Assembly (NCBI GenBank): GCA_024277355.1
Contig: JAJRVL010000004.1
Location: 180,001 to 212,000 of the forward strand
Direction: 5' to 3'
Length of the DNA stretch: 32,000 nt
DNA from: an archaeon
GTDB taxonomy: Archaea > Iainarchaeota > Iainarchaeia > Iainarchaeales > 1-14-0-10-31-34
Shown here: positions 1 through 8,227 of the stretch, piece by piece
How the letters are laid out: each line of letters opens with the position of its first letter
How positions within the stretch are numbered: the stretch's first letter is position 1
Made by a program: the position numbers and the translations under genes
Notes under the pieces: model-generated
Told to the model about the DNA's origin: nothing
The model's input: the letters and a program-made list of their open reading frames with translations, nothing else
The model's database searches: none

Positions 1-347
1 GGAATAGCTTTTATTTCATACTGCAAAAGTTTAGTTGCAATTTCATCCATTAAATCAACTAAATCATCCATTAAATGAGTTATTCCATGAATATCTTCTC
101 TGTCAAGAGGAGTAATAAAACTTTTATGCAGTAAAGCAACAATTTCATGAGTTAAATGGTCTGCTTCCTGTTCAATTTTAACTATTTCTTTTACTTTCTT
201 TTTTCTTTGAATTAAAGTTAATTTATTATAGTCCTTTAAAAGTTTTCCAAACAAACTTCCGGTTTTACAAACCATTTCAGACTGCTTTTTAAGTAAATCA
301 AAAAAAACATCTTCCTGAGGCATAAAAAATTTAATTACTCTTTTCAT
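1..347 (-). CDS. DUF47 / PhoU-like phosphate-transport accessory protein; 3' end lies outside the window
   Basis: The frame stays open to the window edge on the minus strand. Translation from ATG at 345-347 (alternative ATG 321-323) gives MKRVIKFFMPQEDVFFDLLKKQSEMV...HEIVALLHKSFITPLDREDIHGITHLMDDLVDLMDEIATKLLQYEIKAI. The FFDLL start and the TP-x-DREDI...DD(I/L)xD pattern are typical of DUF47 proteins. Confidence 0.55.
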   Translation of the reverse strand, partial: MKRVIKFFMPQEDVFFDLLKKQSEMVCKTGSLFGKLLKDYNKLTLIQRKKKVKEIVKIEQEADHLTHEIVALLHKSFITPLDREDIHGITHLMDDLVDLMDEIATKLLQYEIKAI

Positions 348-437
348 GCTAAAGTTCGGTGAAACAAAATTTATAAACCATGTAGTAAAAAACAAAGCAT
401 ATAATAAAAATAACTGCCTTAAACAATGATTTAAGCT

Positions 438-521
438 GCACGAGTAGGAAAGCGGTCAAATCCGCAGGGTTTAGGACCCTGTCTCTTAGTGAGTTCGCAG
501 GTTCGAATCCTGCCTCGTGCA
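438..521 (+). tRNA. tRNA-Leu, anticodon UAG, class II with long variable arm, no encoded CCA
   Basis: Cloverleaf read by eye. Acceptor GCACGAG/CTCGTGC, 3-bp D stem GGA/TCC, anticodon stem CAGGG/CCCTG with loop TTTAGGA. The variable arm is 15 nt (TCTCTTAGTGAGTTC), the T arm is GCAGG-TTCGAAT-CCTGC, and the discriminator is A. Confidence 0.9.
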
Positions 522-591
522 TTCGCGATTCCGCTCGCGAGTGACGGTGCAAGACATTCGCTTACGCTCAGTCTAGCTGCTTCGCAAAAAA

Positions 592-1398
592 ATGATTACT
601 ATGATTGGAGTCGATTTAGGTTTAAGTTCATTTAAAGCAGTTCAAATAGAAAACAAAAAAATTAAAGAAAAAAAAAGAGTTTTTTTAAACGAAAAAGACA
701 GCATTGAAAAACAAATTCAAAAATTTTTTTCTAATTCTTTTTTTTCTGAAGAAAAAATTGCTTTAACTGGAGCTTACACAAAAAAAGCAAAAAATATTCT
801 TGAAAAAGAATTTAGTTTAGTTAATGAAATTAATTCAATTGGAAAAGGAAGTTCCTTTTTATCAAAAGAAAAAAACTTTCTGGCAGTTTCTGCAGGAAGC
901 GGGACAGCTTTTATTTCATTTAAAAACAATAAAGCAGTACATGTAGGCGGAACTGCAATAGGCGGAAAAACAATTACAGGCTTAAATGAATTAATTATAA
1001 AAGAAAAAGAATTCAGTAAACTTGAAAAAAATGCATTAAAAGGAAATTACATTAAAACAGATTTAATGCTTTCAGATGTTTATCCAAAAGGAATTGGTTT
1101 ACTGAAAAATAATGTTTGTGTTTCTCATTTTGGTAAAATTAATTCAAAGAAAAAAACAGATTTAAGTGCAGGAATATTTAATTTAGTTTTACAGGGAATT
1201 TCAATTAATGCATTGTTTGCAGCAAAAGCTTTTAATCACAAAAAAATAGTTTTTTCAGGTTCATTATCTGAAACAAAATTATTCAAAAAAACATTTAATG
1301 AATGCAGAAAAATATTTAATTTAGCTGAACCAGTTTTTTTAAGCAACGCAGGGTTTGCTTCAGCTGTAGGAGCAGTATTAATTGCAGAAAAAAAATAA
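592..1398 (+). CDS. coaW: Type II pantothenate kinase (Staphylococcus/eukaryotic 'fumble' type, ASKHA fold)
   Basis: 268 aa. Block-by-block resemblance to my recollection of S. aureus type II PanK: IGVDLG (phosphate 1), KIALTGAY, VSAGSGTAFISF, HVGGTAIGGKTITGL, VSHFGKI, IVFSGSLS, SNAGFASAVGAVLI. Confidence 0.7.
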   Translation: MITMIGVDLGLSSFKAVQIENKKIKEKKRVFLNEKDSIEKQIQKFFSNSFFSEEKIALTGAYTKKAKNILEKEFSLVNEINSIGKGSSFLSKEKNFLAVSAGSGTAFISFKNNKAVHVGGTAIGGKTITGLNELIIKEKEFSKLEKNALKGNYIKTDLMLSDVYPKGIGLLKNNVCVSHFGKINSKKKTDLSAGIFNLVLQGISINALFAAKAFNHKKIVFSGSLSETKLFKKTFNECRKIFNLAEPVFLSNAGFASAVGAVLIAEKK

Positions 1399-1402
1399 AA
1401 CA

Positions 1403-1435
1403 GTTTTTGATAAAACTTTTTTTGAAAAAGTTTTT
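1403..1435 (+). promoter_or_regulatory. Palindromic A/T motif directly upstream of tRNA-Val; candidate RNA-gene promoter
   Basis: GTTTTTGATAAAACTTTT-TTTG-AAAAAGTTTTT ends 1 nt before the tRNA 5' end. The TTGATAAAA part lies about 25-30 nt upstream, where an archaeal TATA box is expected. A near copy is at 8411-8438. Confidence 0.4.
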
Positions 1436-1508
1436 AGGAGAATGGTCTAGTGGCTATGACATCGCCCTCACACGGCGAAGATCGGGAGTTCAAATCTCCC
1501 TTCTCCTA
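1436..1508 (+). tRNA. tRNA-Val, anticodon CAC, no encoded CCA
   Basis: Acceptor AGGAGAA/TTCTCCT, D arm GTCT-AGTGGCTA-TGAC, anticodon stem TCGCC/GGCGA with loop CTCACAC. The T arm is GGGAG-TTCAAAT-CTCCC and the discriminator is A; 73 nt. Confidence 0.9.
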
Positions 1509-1516
1509 TTATTAAT

Positions 1517-2869
1517 TCACGAATTTTTTATCAGTAAAATTTTTCCTTTAAAGCCGTTGTTTTTTATTTCAGATAAAATTGAAGTCATCTGCCATAAATA
1601 AAGAGTTCTTTCTTCAATTACAATTTCAGTGTAATCTTTATAGACAGTTGATTCAATTACTTTTGATGCAAGAAATTCATTCCTTAAATGTTTTTCCGGA
1701 TTAAATTCTTCGTCAAAAAATAAAATTCTGTAAGAATTAATTTTTCTTAAAGGAGTTGCTTCTTCAACATACAAATAGGAATCAGAATTAAATTTTTCTT
1801 GAAGTATTTTTTCTAATTCGCCTGTCCTGAAATTTCTTTCAGGAGAAATCAAAGCATAATAACTCCACCCTGCTTTATCTGACTTAATTATTTTCCCAAA
1901 TTTTTCAACTTCAAAATCAATTTTTTCTTTTTCAAGTAATTCAGGCAGACCATAAACAAATAATCCTGCTCCTGAATCCTTCTGCTGGAAACTATAAATA
2001 AAATAATTAGGCTGAATCTCCCTTCCAAAAGAAAACTCCATAAATTCAGCTGAAGTAATAACAAAAGAAAATAATAAAATTAATGCAAAAACTGCATTTA
2101 ACAAATTAATCTTTAATTTTCCTGATTTTTTTTCAGTAATAAAATAATAACTTAAACCAAAAAACAAAATAATTGAAGACGCATAAAAATTGTTTCCTAT
2201 TTCAATAGGAAGAATTACATCGGCAAAACCAATAAATCCAATAACCATTAAAGGAAGCAGAGTAGCAAAACCATGATTTTCTGTTTTAAGATAATTTCTG
2301 GAAAAATACAAAGAAATGAAAAAAATTGCCATCATTGCAGCACCAGAACTTACTCCTCCATCTAAAACAGAAATAATTAAAGCTAAAAATCCGGCAATAA
2401 AAACAAAAAAATTAAAAAAACTGTCTTTGTTTAACCTTGAATTAATAAAAAGAATTCCTGAAATTAAAAGCATTAATTCAATGAACAAGTAAAATAAAGC
2501 CCACAAATCTGCATTAGGAATAAAAGAATACCAGGGAAAACCATTATCAAAATTAGAACCTAAATTTAATCCAAAAAAAGATTCAAAAGCATAAATTGAA
2601 GCTTTAGGAAAATGATTGTGGCTTAATTTAGATGCCTGCCATGAAATTACTCCGTCTTTTTCAGCCATAGTTGCAAAAGGCCCTAAAGACTTGTATTCTA
2701 ATCCCACTAAAGAAAACTGCATTACACCTAAAGCATAACCTAAAAAAGCAAACAACACAAAAACAGTCAGAAACTTTTTTGAATAAGGTTTTATTTTTTC
2801 AGTTAAATTAAATTTAATAAACAAAAAAGAAATTAAAGGCAGTAAAAAAAACCAAAAAAGCATTAGCAT
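1517..2869 (-). CDS. Polytopic membrane protein with soluble C-terminal domain, function unknown
   Basis: 450-aa ORF. The N-terminal two-thirds consist of many hydrophobic segments; the C-terminal ~170 aa are hydrophilic. No recognised catalytic motif. Confidence 0.6.
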   Translation of the reverse strand: MLMLFWFFLLPLISFLFIKFNLTEKIKPYSKKFLTVFVLFAFLGYALGVMQFSLVGLEYKSLGPFATMAEKDGVISWQASKLSHNHFPKASIYAFESFFGLNLGSNFDNGFPWYSFIPNADLWALFYLFIELMLLISGILFINSRLNKDSFFNFFVFIAGFLALIISVLDGGVSSGAAMMAIFFISLYFSRNYLKTENHGFATLLPLMVIGFIGFADVILPIEIGNNFYASSIILFFGLSYYFITEKKSGKLKINLLNAVFALILLFSFVITSAEFMEFSFGREIQPNYFIYSFQQKDSGAGLFVYGLPELLEKEKIDFEVEKFGKIIKSDKAGWSYYALISPERNFRTGELEKILQEKFNSDSYLYVEEATPLRKINSYRILFFDEEFNPEKHLRNEFLASKVIESTVYKDYTEIVIEERTLYLWQMTSILSEIKNNGFKGKILLIKNS

Positions 2870-2875
2870 TGTTTT

Positions 2876-3007
2876 TCAGGTTGAATTTCCTTCAAAAACA
2901 CTTTGGCTTATTCCATGAACTACTAAAAGAACAAATTCACTTAAAAAAGACAATACAGCAATAACTGCAATTAAACCTGAAAAATACAGTAAATTCTTTT
3001 TTTTCAT
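2876..3007 (-). CDS. Small (43 aa) single-pass membrane peptide, possibly co-transcribed with 1517..2869
   Basis: Hand translation gives MKKKNLLYFSGLIAVIAVLSFLSEFVLLVVHGISQSVFEGNST. Its TGA lies 6 nt before the ATG of the downstream membrane protein. It is below the ORF-track size cutoff. Confidence 0.3.
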   Translation of the reverse strand: MKKKNLLYFSGLIAVIAVLSFLSEFVLLVVHGISQSVFEGNST

Positions 3008-3087
3008 TTAAAAACCTTTTAAGCCTTATACATTAAACAGCATAAAATTAAATATGTTATTTGTCTTAATAGGTTTGGTGGGAGAAA

Positions 3088-3777
3088 ATGGTTAATGAAA
3101 AAGCTCAATTAAGAGAAACCATAAAAAAAACTGAAAGCAATTTATATAAACTATCAAAACAGTTTGAAGAAACAGAAAAATTAAATTCAAACTTAAAAGA
3201 AACCTATGACAGCATTTTATTAATGGAAAAAATAACAGAAGAAAACCCTGTTTTAACTGCAATAGCAACAAAAGAAATAAAAGAAAAAAAACTGGTTTCT
3301 TTATTTAAGCAAATGGAAGAAAAACTTGCATTAACAAAACAAAAAATTAATTCATTTGATGATAATTCAACCAGAGCAAAATTATTTTTAGAAAACTTCC
3401 GTACAACAAGAATATATGAATTCAATGATTCTGAATCCATGGAAAATTTCGTTAAACAATCTTATCCTTTATTTTCTATTTCAAGAGTTTTATTTAAACC
3501 AGAGTTTGTTGGAACCATAAAACTTGAAAGCATTGCAGAAGAATTAAATGAAAAAGCACAAGGAAACCAAATGATAAGCATTTCAACAGAAAAACTACCT
3601 AAATTAATGGAAATAATCGAAAAAAAAGATTTATTCAAAAACGCAAGAATAGAAAACGAATTACTTAAAACAGTCATCAAAGGACAAACAACAATATTAG
3701 TTGATTCAGATAATGCAAGAATAAGAAGATTAGACAGGTTATGCAAGCAATTTGACGGAAAATGGAAAGAAGAATAA
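3088..3777 (+). CDS. Coiled-coil protein, function unknown
   Basis: 229-aa ORF, K/E/L-rich with a heptad-like N-terminal half. GGTGGGAG lies 3 nt upstream of the ATG. Confidence 0.55.
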   Translation: MVNEKAQLRETIKKTESNLYKLSKQFEETEKLNSNLKETYDSILLMEKITEENPVLTAIATKEIKEKKLVSLFKQMEEKLALTKQKINSFDDNSTRAKLFLENFRTTRIYEFNDSESMENFVKQSYPLFSISRVLFKPEFVGTIKLESIAEELNEKAQGNQMISISTEKLPKLMEIIEKKDLFKNARIENELLKTVIKGQTTILVDSDNARIRRLDRLCKQFDGKWKEE

Positions 3778-3887
3778 AACACCTGCAAAAAAAAATTATT
3801 TAATAAAAAAACTTATTAATTAAAAAACATTGAAAATTAATATACAAAACATAAAAAAAAATTATTTTGTTAAAAGAGTGATAAAAA

Positions 3888-4757
3888 ATGAAAAGAATAA
3901 GAGTAAACAGAGGATTAGCTAAAATGCTTAAAGGCGGCTGCATAATGGATGTAACAAATGAAAAGCAGGCAAAAATAGCAGAAAAATCAGGAGCAGTAGC
4001 AGTAATGGCATTAGAAAGAATTCCAGCTGACATAAGAAAAGACGGAGGCATTGCAAGAATGAGTGATCCTTCTTTAATAAAAAAAATAATGAAAGAAGTT
4101 TCAATTCCAGTAATGGCAAAAGTAAGAATAGGACATTTTGCTGAAGCACAAATTTTAGAAGAAATAGGAGTAGATTTTATTGATGAATCAGAAGTATTAA
4201 CTCCAGCAGACAATGAATTTCATATAAATAAAATAAAATTCAAAACTCCTTTTGTATGCGGCGCAGTAGATTTAGGCCAGGCATTAAGAAGAATAAATGA
4301 GGGAGCATCAATGATTAGAACTAAAGGCGAAGCAGGAACAGGAAATATAATTGAAGCAGTAAAACATATCAGAACAATTAATTCAGAACTGCAAAAACTA
4401 AAAGAAAAAGAAATTGACATACAGGAAAACTGGGCAAGAAAAGAAAAAATTCCTTTTAGTTTATTAAAATAAACTTTAACAAAAAAAAGAATTCCTGTAG
4501 TTAATTTTGCTGCAGGAGGAATTGCAACTCCAGCTGATGTATCTTTAGTAATGCAGTTAGGAGTAGAAGGAGTTTTTGTTGGTTCAGGAATATTTAAATC
4601 TTCAAATCCATTAAAATTAGCTAAAGCAATAGTTCAGGCAACAACTTATTTTAATGACCCAAATAAATTAGCTAAAGCTTCATTTAATTTAGGAAAAGCA
4701 ATGAAAGGAAATGAATTATCTGAATTAAAAGAAAGATATGCTTCAAGAGGAAAATAA
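3888..4757 (+). pseudogene. pdxS: Pyridoxal 5'-phosphate synthase lyase subunit PdxS, interrupted by one in-frame TAA at 4470-4472
   Basis: ORFs 3888..4472 and 4551..4757 are in the same frame. Reading through the stop gives ...[50 protein letters not shown]..., which is continuous with the canonical PdxS sequence. Other PdxS blocks present: [41 protein letters not shown]. Confidence 0.85.
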
Positions 4758-4772
4758 AAAAAGTGATTTTAT

Positions 4773-5330
4773 TTGATTATTGGAATTCTTGCATTACAAG
4801 GAGACTTTGCAGAACACAAAGAAATTCTGGATAAACTTAAAGTAGAAAGCATTTTAGTTAAAACCAAAGAAGACCTTGAAAAAATTAATGGATTGATTAT
4901 TCCGGGAGGAGAATCAACTGCAATTGGATTATTGCTTGAAAAAACTGGTTTAGGAAAACAAATTATTTCAAAAGCAAAAAAAGGATTAGTAATTTTTGGA
5001 ACTTGTGCAGGCGCAATATTGCTGTCAAAGAAAGTTTTAGGAAAAAAAGAATTTTCTTTTGCATTAATTGACACAGTAATTGAAAGAAATAGTTTTGGAA
5101 GACAAAATGATTCTTTTGAAGAAAAAATAAAAACAAGTTTTGGTGAAATTTCAGTTTCTTTTATTCGTGCACCAAAAATTAAGTCAATTGGAAAAAAAGT
5201 TCAGGTTTTAGGAAAACTAAAAAACGAAATAGTAATTGCAAAACAAAAAAACATTTTAATTGCAACCTGTCACCCTGAAATAACTTTAGATACAAAATTA
5301 CATGAATACTTTCTGAAAATGATTAGATAA
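4773..5330 (+). CDS. pdxT: Pyridoxal 5'-phosphate synthase glutaminase subunit PdxT
   Basis: 185 aa with GILALQGDF, IIPGGESTA, the catalytic Cys context FGTCAG, and a C-terminal CHPE. It sits directly downstream of pdxS. TTG start as in the ORF track. Confidence 0.85.
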   Translation: MIIGILALQGDFAEHKEILDKLKVESILVKTKEDLEKINGLIIPGGESTAIGLLLEKTGLGKQIISKAKKGLVIFGTCAGAILLSKKVLGKKEFSFALIDTVIERNSFGRQNDSFEEKIKTSFGEISVSFIRAPKIKSIGKKVQVLGKLKNEIVIAKQKNILIATCHPEITLDTKLHEYFLKMIR

Positions 5331-5385
5331 TTCCTGAAAATAATTAAATAAAAGTATTTTAAAGTACAAAAAACAATATTTTTTT

Positions 5386-6264
5386 ATGAGAAGAAAAGCA
5401 AGAAGAACTTCACTTAAAAAAAAGCAGGGATTTCACGGAATAAATCCAAAAGGAAAACTTCTTGATATTAATCAACCAACAGGACAAATAGTTTCAATTA
5501 ATGGAAAAACTTACTATAAAAAAACTCCATTTAAAACATATAAAATGGAAAATAAATCCGGGTTATTAGAATCCATAAAAAAAAGACAAGGCACACCAAT
5601 AAACAAAATTGCAAGAGAAATGACTATAGGAGAATCAATTGTTCTAAGAGGAATCTGGCGGGAATATAACAGAGCAGTAAAAACAAAAAAAATTACTAAC
5701 AGAAATTATTCTTTAAGGCCAATGAAAATTTTAAGAGTTAATGCAAATAAAAGAAGTCCAAACAGCAATTTTATTTTAGCTGAATTTATAGATAAACCTA
5801 CTGTAAGTGATTTACTTAACTTTCTTAACTCAAAAAAACCACAAAAAACAAGAGTAAATGAATTATGTGAAAAATTTCTTAAAGCAAATGGATTAAAAAA
5901 CTGTTTAAGTTCAAAAATAGCAAGAAGAATACTTAAAGCAGAACTTGGTCTTGCAGAAAAACAAGCTTTTGAAGATTTAGTTCAGTCAGCAGAAACTATG
6001 CGAATCAATGCAAAAAAAAGAGGTTTAAACAAAAAGTTTACTCTTGACGTGAGAAACACTAATTTAATGCTTGAATCATACAAAAACAAAAAATTTAATT
6101 TTGTTTTAATTGACCCTTTATTTCCTCAAGATGGAATAAGAGATTTACCTTCAATTCCAAGAACAAAAAAAAGAAATAAACTGGAAGAATGGGAAAACAA
6201 AAAACCAAAAGAACTTTACAGTCCAAAAGGACATGAAAAAAGAATAAACAAAATTAGTCAGTAA
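5386..6264 (+). CDS. Basic protein, distant relative of the kinase-like paralogs at 23883..25893, with extra C-terminal tail
   Basis: 292 aa with a basic N-terminus MRRKARRTSLKKK. NFILAEFIDKPTVSDLL matches NLVAMAKTNKPNLNEIL of the paralogs. TLDVRNTNLMLESYKNKKFNFVLIDPLF matches IDIMPSNILLLGVKNGKFIFMPLIDLY. Confidence 0.5.
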   Translation: MRRKARRTSLKKKQGFHGINPKGKLLDINQPTGQIVSINGKTYYKKTPFKTYKMENKSGLLESIKKRQGTPINKIAREMTIGESIVLRGIWREYNRAVKTKKITNRNYSLRPMKILRVNANKRSPNSNFILAEFIDKPTVSDLLNFLNSKKPQKTRVNELCEKFLKANGLKNCLSSKIARRILKAELGLAEKQAFEDLVQSAETMRINAKKRGLNKKFTLDVRNTNLMLESYKNKKFNFVLIDPLFPQDGIRDLPSIPRTKKRNKLEEWENKKPKELYSPKGHEKRINKISQ

Positions 6265-7549
6265 ACGCCGAAGCAGTTACTCCGCCGTCCCAAGAAAATC
6301 TAGGGCGAATTTTAACCATCCATAAATTTTCAGTGTTATCATCAAGTATAAGCGCAAACCCTTTTGATTTAGGCATTTCCTGATAATATTTATCAAAATT
6401 CTGATGCATATAAGAAGGACGCAAAGCTGAAACAGCTTCAATATCCGGCTGAGAAGTCATTCTATGACTGATAAATAAATCGCATTGAGAAATTGAATCA
6501 GGATGCAGTTTGTCAGGACGCTGTGTTGCAAGAACTAAACTTAAACCCGGCTGTCTTCCAACCCTAACCCATTCCAACAAAACTTTTAATGCAATACTGC
6601 TTCTGTCTTTTGGCATAAACATATGTGCTTCATCTATTAGCATCCAAACAATAGGCATATCTGATTCTTTTTTTTCTCCTTCAATTAATTTCATTTCTTC
6701 TTCTTTTCTATAAAGCATTCTTTCTTCAAATAATCTTTTGCCGATTAAAGCAACAATTATTTCTCTTGTTCCTTCCATTCCAATTGCCTGTCTGTAAGCA
6801 GAAACATCAATTATTGTTATTTTTCCTGGTTCAGCTAAATCCTTTATTTTTGTTCCTTCTTTTTCAAATAAACCCCATGATTTAGCAACTTTTAGTCTTC
6901 CAACAACTGCATCTTTTGTTTTTTTATCTGCATCTTTATCTGACTGAACAGCAGAAATAATTTTTGGAATATCAAATAAAGTTCCAAGTTTTTCTTTAAC
7001 TGAACTAATTATTCTTGAAAGCAATACTCCTTCTGGTTCTTTCCATGTTAAATTAAATAAAGCAAGCCATTCTTCTGATTCTAATTCTGAAACTTTTAAA
7101 GTAAAAGCTCCGTCAACTGGAATTTTTTTTTCTTTATAAAAAGGAAGTTTTCCTTTTGGCACTAAAACTCTTACATCAGTTTTATCAGGAGTTAAATCCC
7201 AATTAAATAATTCTGCTTTTTGTTCTTTGTTTGGAATTTTTAAAGTCCAGAAAATTCCCACAGTGTCAATTGCAATAACTGAAATTCTTTTTTTGATATG
7301 CAAAGGCTGTCTTGCAAATTCTTCTAATAAAACAGCCATAGTATAACTTTTTCCGCCGCCTCTTTTGCCGCAAATTAAAACTACATGAGGTTTAGCTAAA
7401 TCCATTAAAATTTTTCTTCCTAAAACAGGGTTTTCACCTGAACTCATTACAACTTTTCCAATATAAGCAGTTCCTTTTTCTCTATGTTTTTCTAAGTCAT
7501 GCAGACTTCTCCCAATTACTGCTTTTTTTTCTCCTAAATCAATTGTCAT
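6254..7549 (-). CDS. HerA-like / DUF87 P-loop ATPase
   Basis: 431 aa. Walker A is VVLICGKRGGGKSYT and Walker B is WMLIDEAHMF, followed by LVLATQRP and DLFISHRM. This layout is typical of the HerA/FtsK-class DUF87 ATPases. Confidence 0.7.
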   Translation of the reverse strand: MTIDLGEKKAVIGRSLHDLEKHREKGTAYIGKVVMSSGENPVLGRKILMDLAKPHVVLICGKRGGGKSYTMAVLLEEFARQPLHIKKRISVIAIDTVGIFWTLKIPNKEQKAELFNWDLTPDKTDVRVLVPKGKLPFYKEKKIPVDGAFTLKVSELESEEWLALFNLTWKEPEGVLLSRIISSVKEKLGTLFDIPKIISAVQSDKDADKKTKDAVVGRLKVAKSWGLFEKEGTKIKDLAEPGKITIIDVSAYRQAIGMEGTREIIVALIGKRLFEERMLYRKEEEMKLIEGEKKESDMPIVWMLIDEAHMFMPKDRSSIALKVLLEWVRVGRQPGLSLVLATQRPDKLHPDSISQCDLFISHRMTSQPDIEAVSALRPSYMHQNFDKYYQEMPKSKGFALILDDNTENLWMVKIRPRFSWDGGVTASAFTD

Positions 7550-7659
7550 AAAACTCTGTAATAAAAAGAATAACGTTAATTAAATAGTTTTTGCTTAAAA
7601 GAAATCAACTGCAATACACTTTAATAATTATTAAAAACTGTTTTAGACAGAAAGTATTA

Positions 7660-8226
7660 ATGGAATACGTTATTTTAGATACAGAAACCTGTCCTGTTAA
7701 ATTAGAAAAATATTTAGAATTAAATGAAACTGACAGAAAAAAATTATTAAATCCAATTGACTCAAGATTAGTTGCAATAGGATTAAGATATAATGCAAAA
7801 ACAGTAATCATTCAAGATAAAAACGAAAAAATAATGTTAGAAGAATTCTGGAATGAACTAAAGACAGCAAGAAAAAATAAATCAAAAATAGTCGGCTTTA
7901 ACATAAAAGATTTTGATTTACCTTTTTTAGTTACAAGAAGTTTTATTAATAATGTTAAAATTGAATCATTTATAATTAAAGATGTAATTGACTTAAGAGA
8001 AAAAGTTTCTGCTTTTCGTTATGGACAGACAAGAGGAAAACTAAAAGAATTCGGAGAATTCATGGGAATTGAATTACATGAAATGGATGGAAGTAAAGTT
8101 GCAGAAGAATGCATTAAAGGAAATTTTGAAAAACTAAAAGAATACTTAAAAAAAGATTTAGAAATAACAGAACAAATGCTAAAACGAATTGTTGAAACAA
8201 GAATAATTGAAATTGAACGCTGGTAA
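7660..8226 (+). CDS. RNase H-fold 3'-5' exonuclease of the PolB-exonuclease-like (DEDDy) type
   Basis: Starts at ATG 7660 (MEYVILDTET). Exo I is ILDTET, Exo II is GFNIKDFDLPFL, and Exo III is Y-x3-D in EYLKKDLE. The ORF-track TTG start at 7591 adds 23 non-conserved residues. Confidence 0.6.
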   Translation: MEYVILDTETCPVKLEKYLELNETDRKKLLNPIDSRLVAIGLRYNAKTVIIQDKNEKIMLEEFWNELKTARKNKSKIVGFNIKDFDLPFLVTRSFINNVKIESFIIKDVIDLREKVSAFRYGQTRGKLKEFGEFMGIELHEMDGSKVAEECIKGNFEKLKEYLKKDLEITEQMLKRIVETRIIEIERW

Positions 8227-8227
8227 A

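Noticed and set aside
349-552. 67-aa minus-strand ORF from the track
   Set aside because: It is the antisense reading of tRNA-Leu and its G+C-rich tail. The GFEPAN stretch is just the reverse complement of the T arm (GGTTCGAATCC), and nothing supports it as coding.
438-590. Integrated mobile element at tRNA-Leu
   Set aside because: Only a short imperfect duplication is seen. There is no integrase, no second att-like copy elsewhere in the window, and the flanking genes are housekeeping.
1407-1601. 64-aa plus-strand ORF from the track
   Set aside because: It reads straight through tRNA-Val (1436-1508) and into the 3' end of the convergent membrane protein gene.
3204-4420. Antisense ORFs 3204..3440, 3462..3788, 3800..4213, 3928..4149 and 4220..4420
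   Set aside because: They lie opposite the coiled-coil gene and pdxS, have low-complexity F/L/S/I-rich translations, and pdxS on the plus strand is unambiguous.
4470-4472. Genome-wide reassignment of TAA to a sense codon
   Set aside because: TAA is used as an ordinary terminator by many well-delimited genes in the window (for example the PanK-like ORF ending at 1398, pdxT and hppA). No other conserved gene here carries an internal stop.
7591-7659. TTG-initiated extension of the exonuclease ORF
   Set aside because: The 23 added residues are not part of the Exo I region. ATG 7660 sits immediately before the ILDTET motif. The extension would also consume the divergent promoter region.
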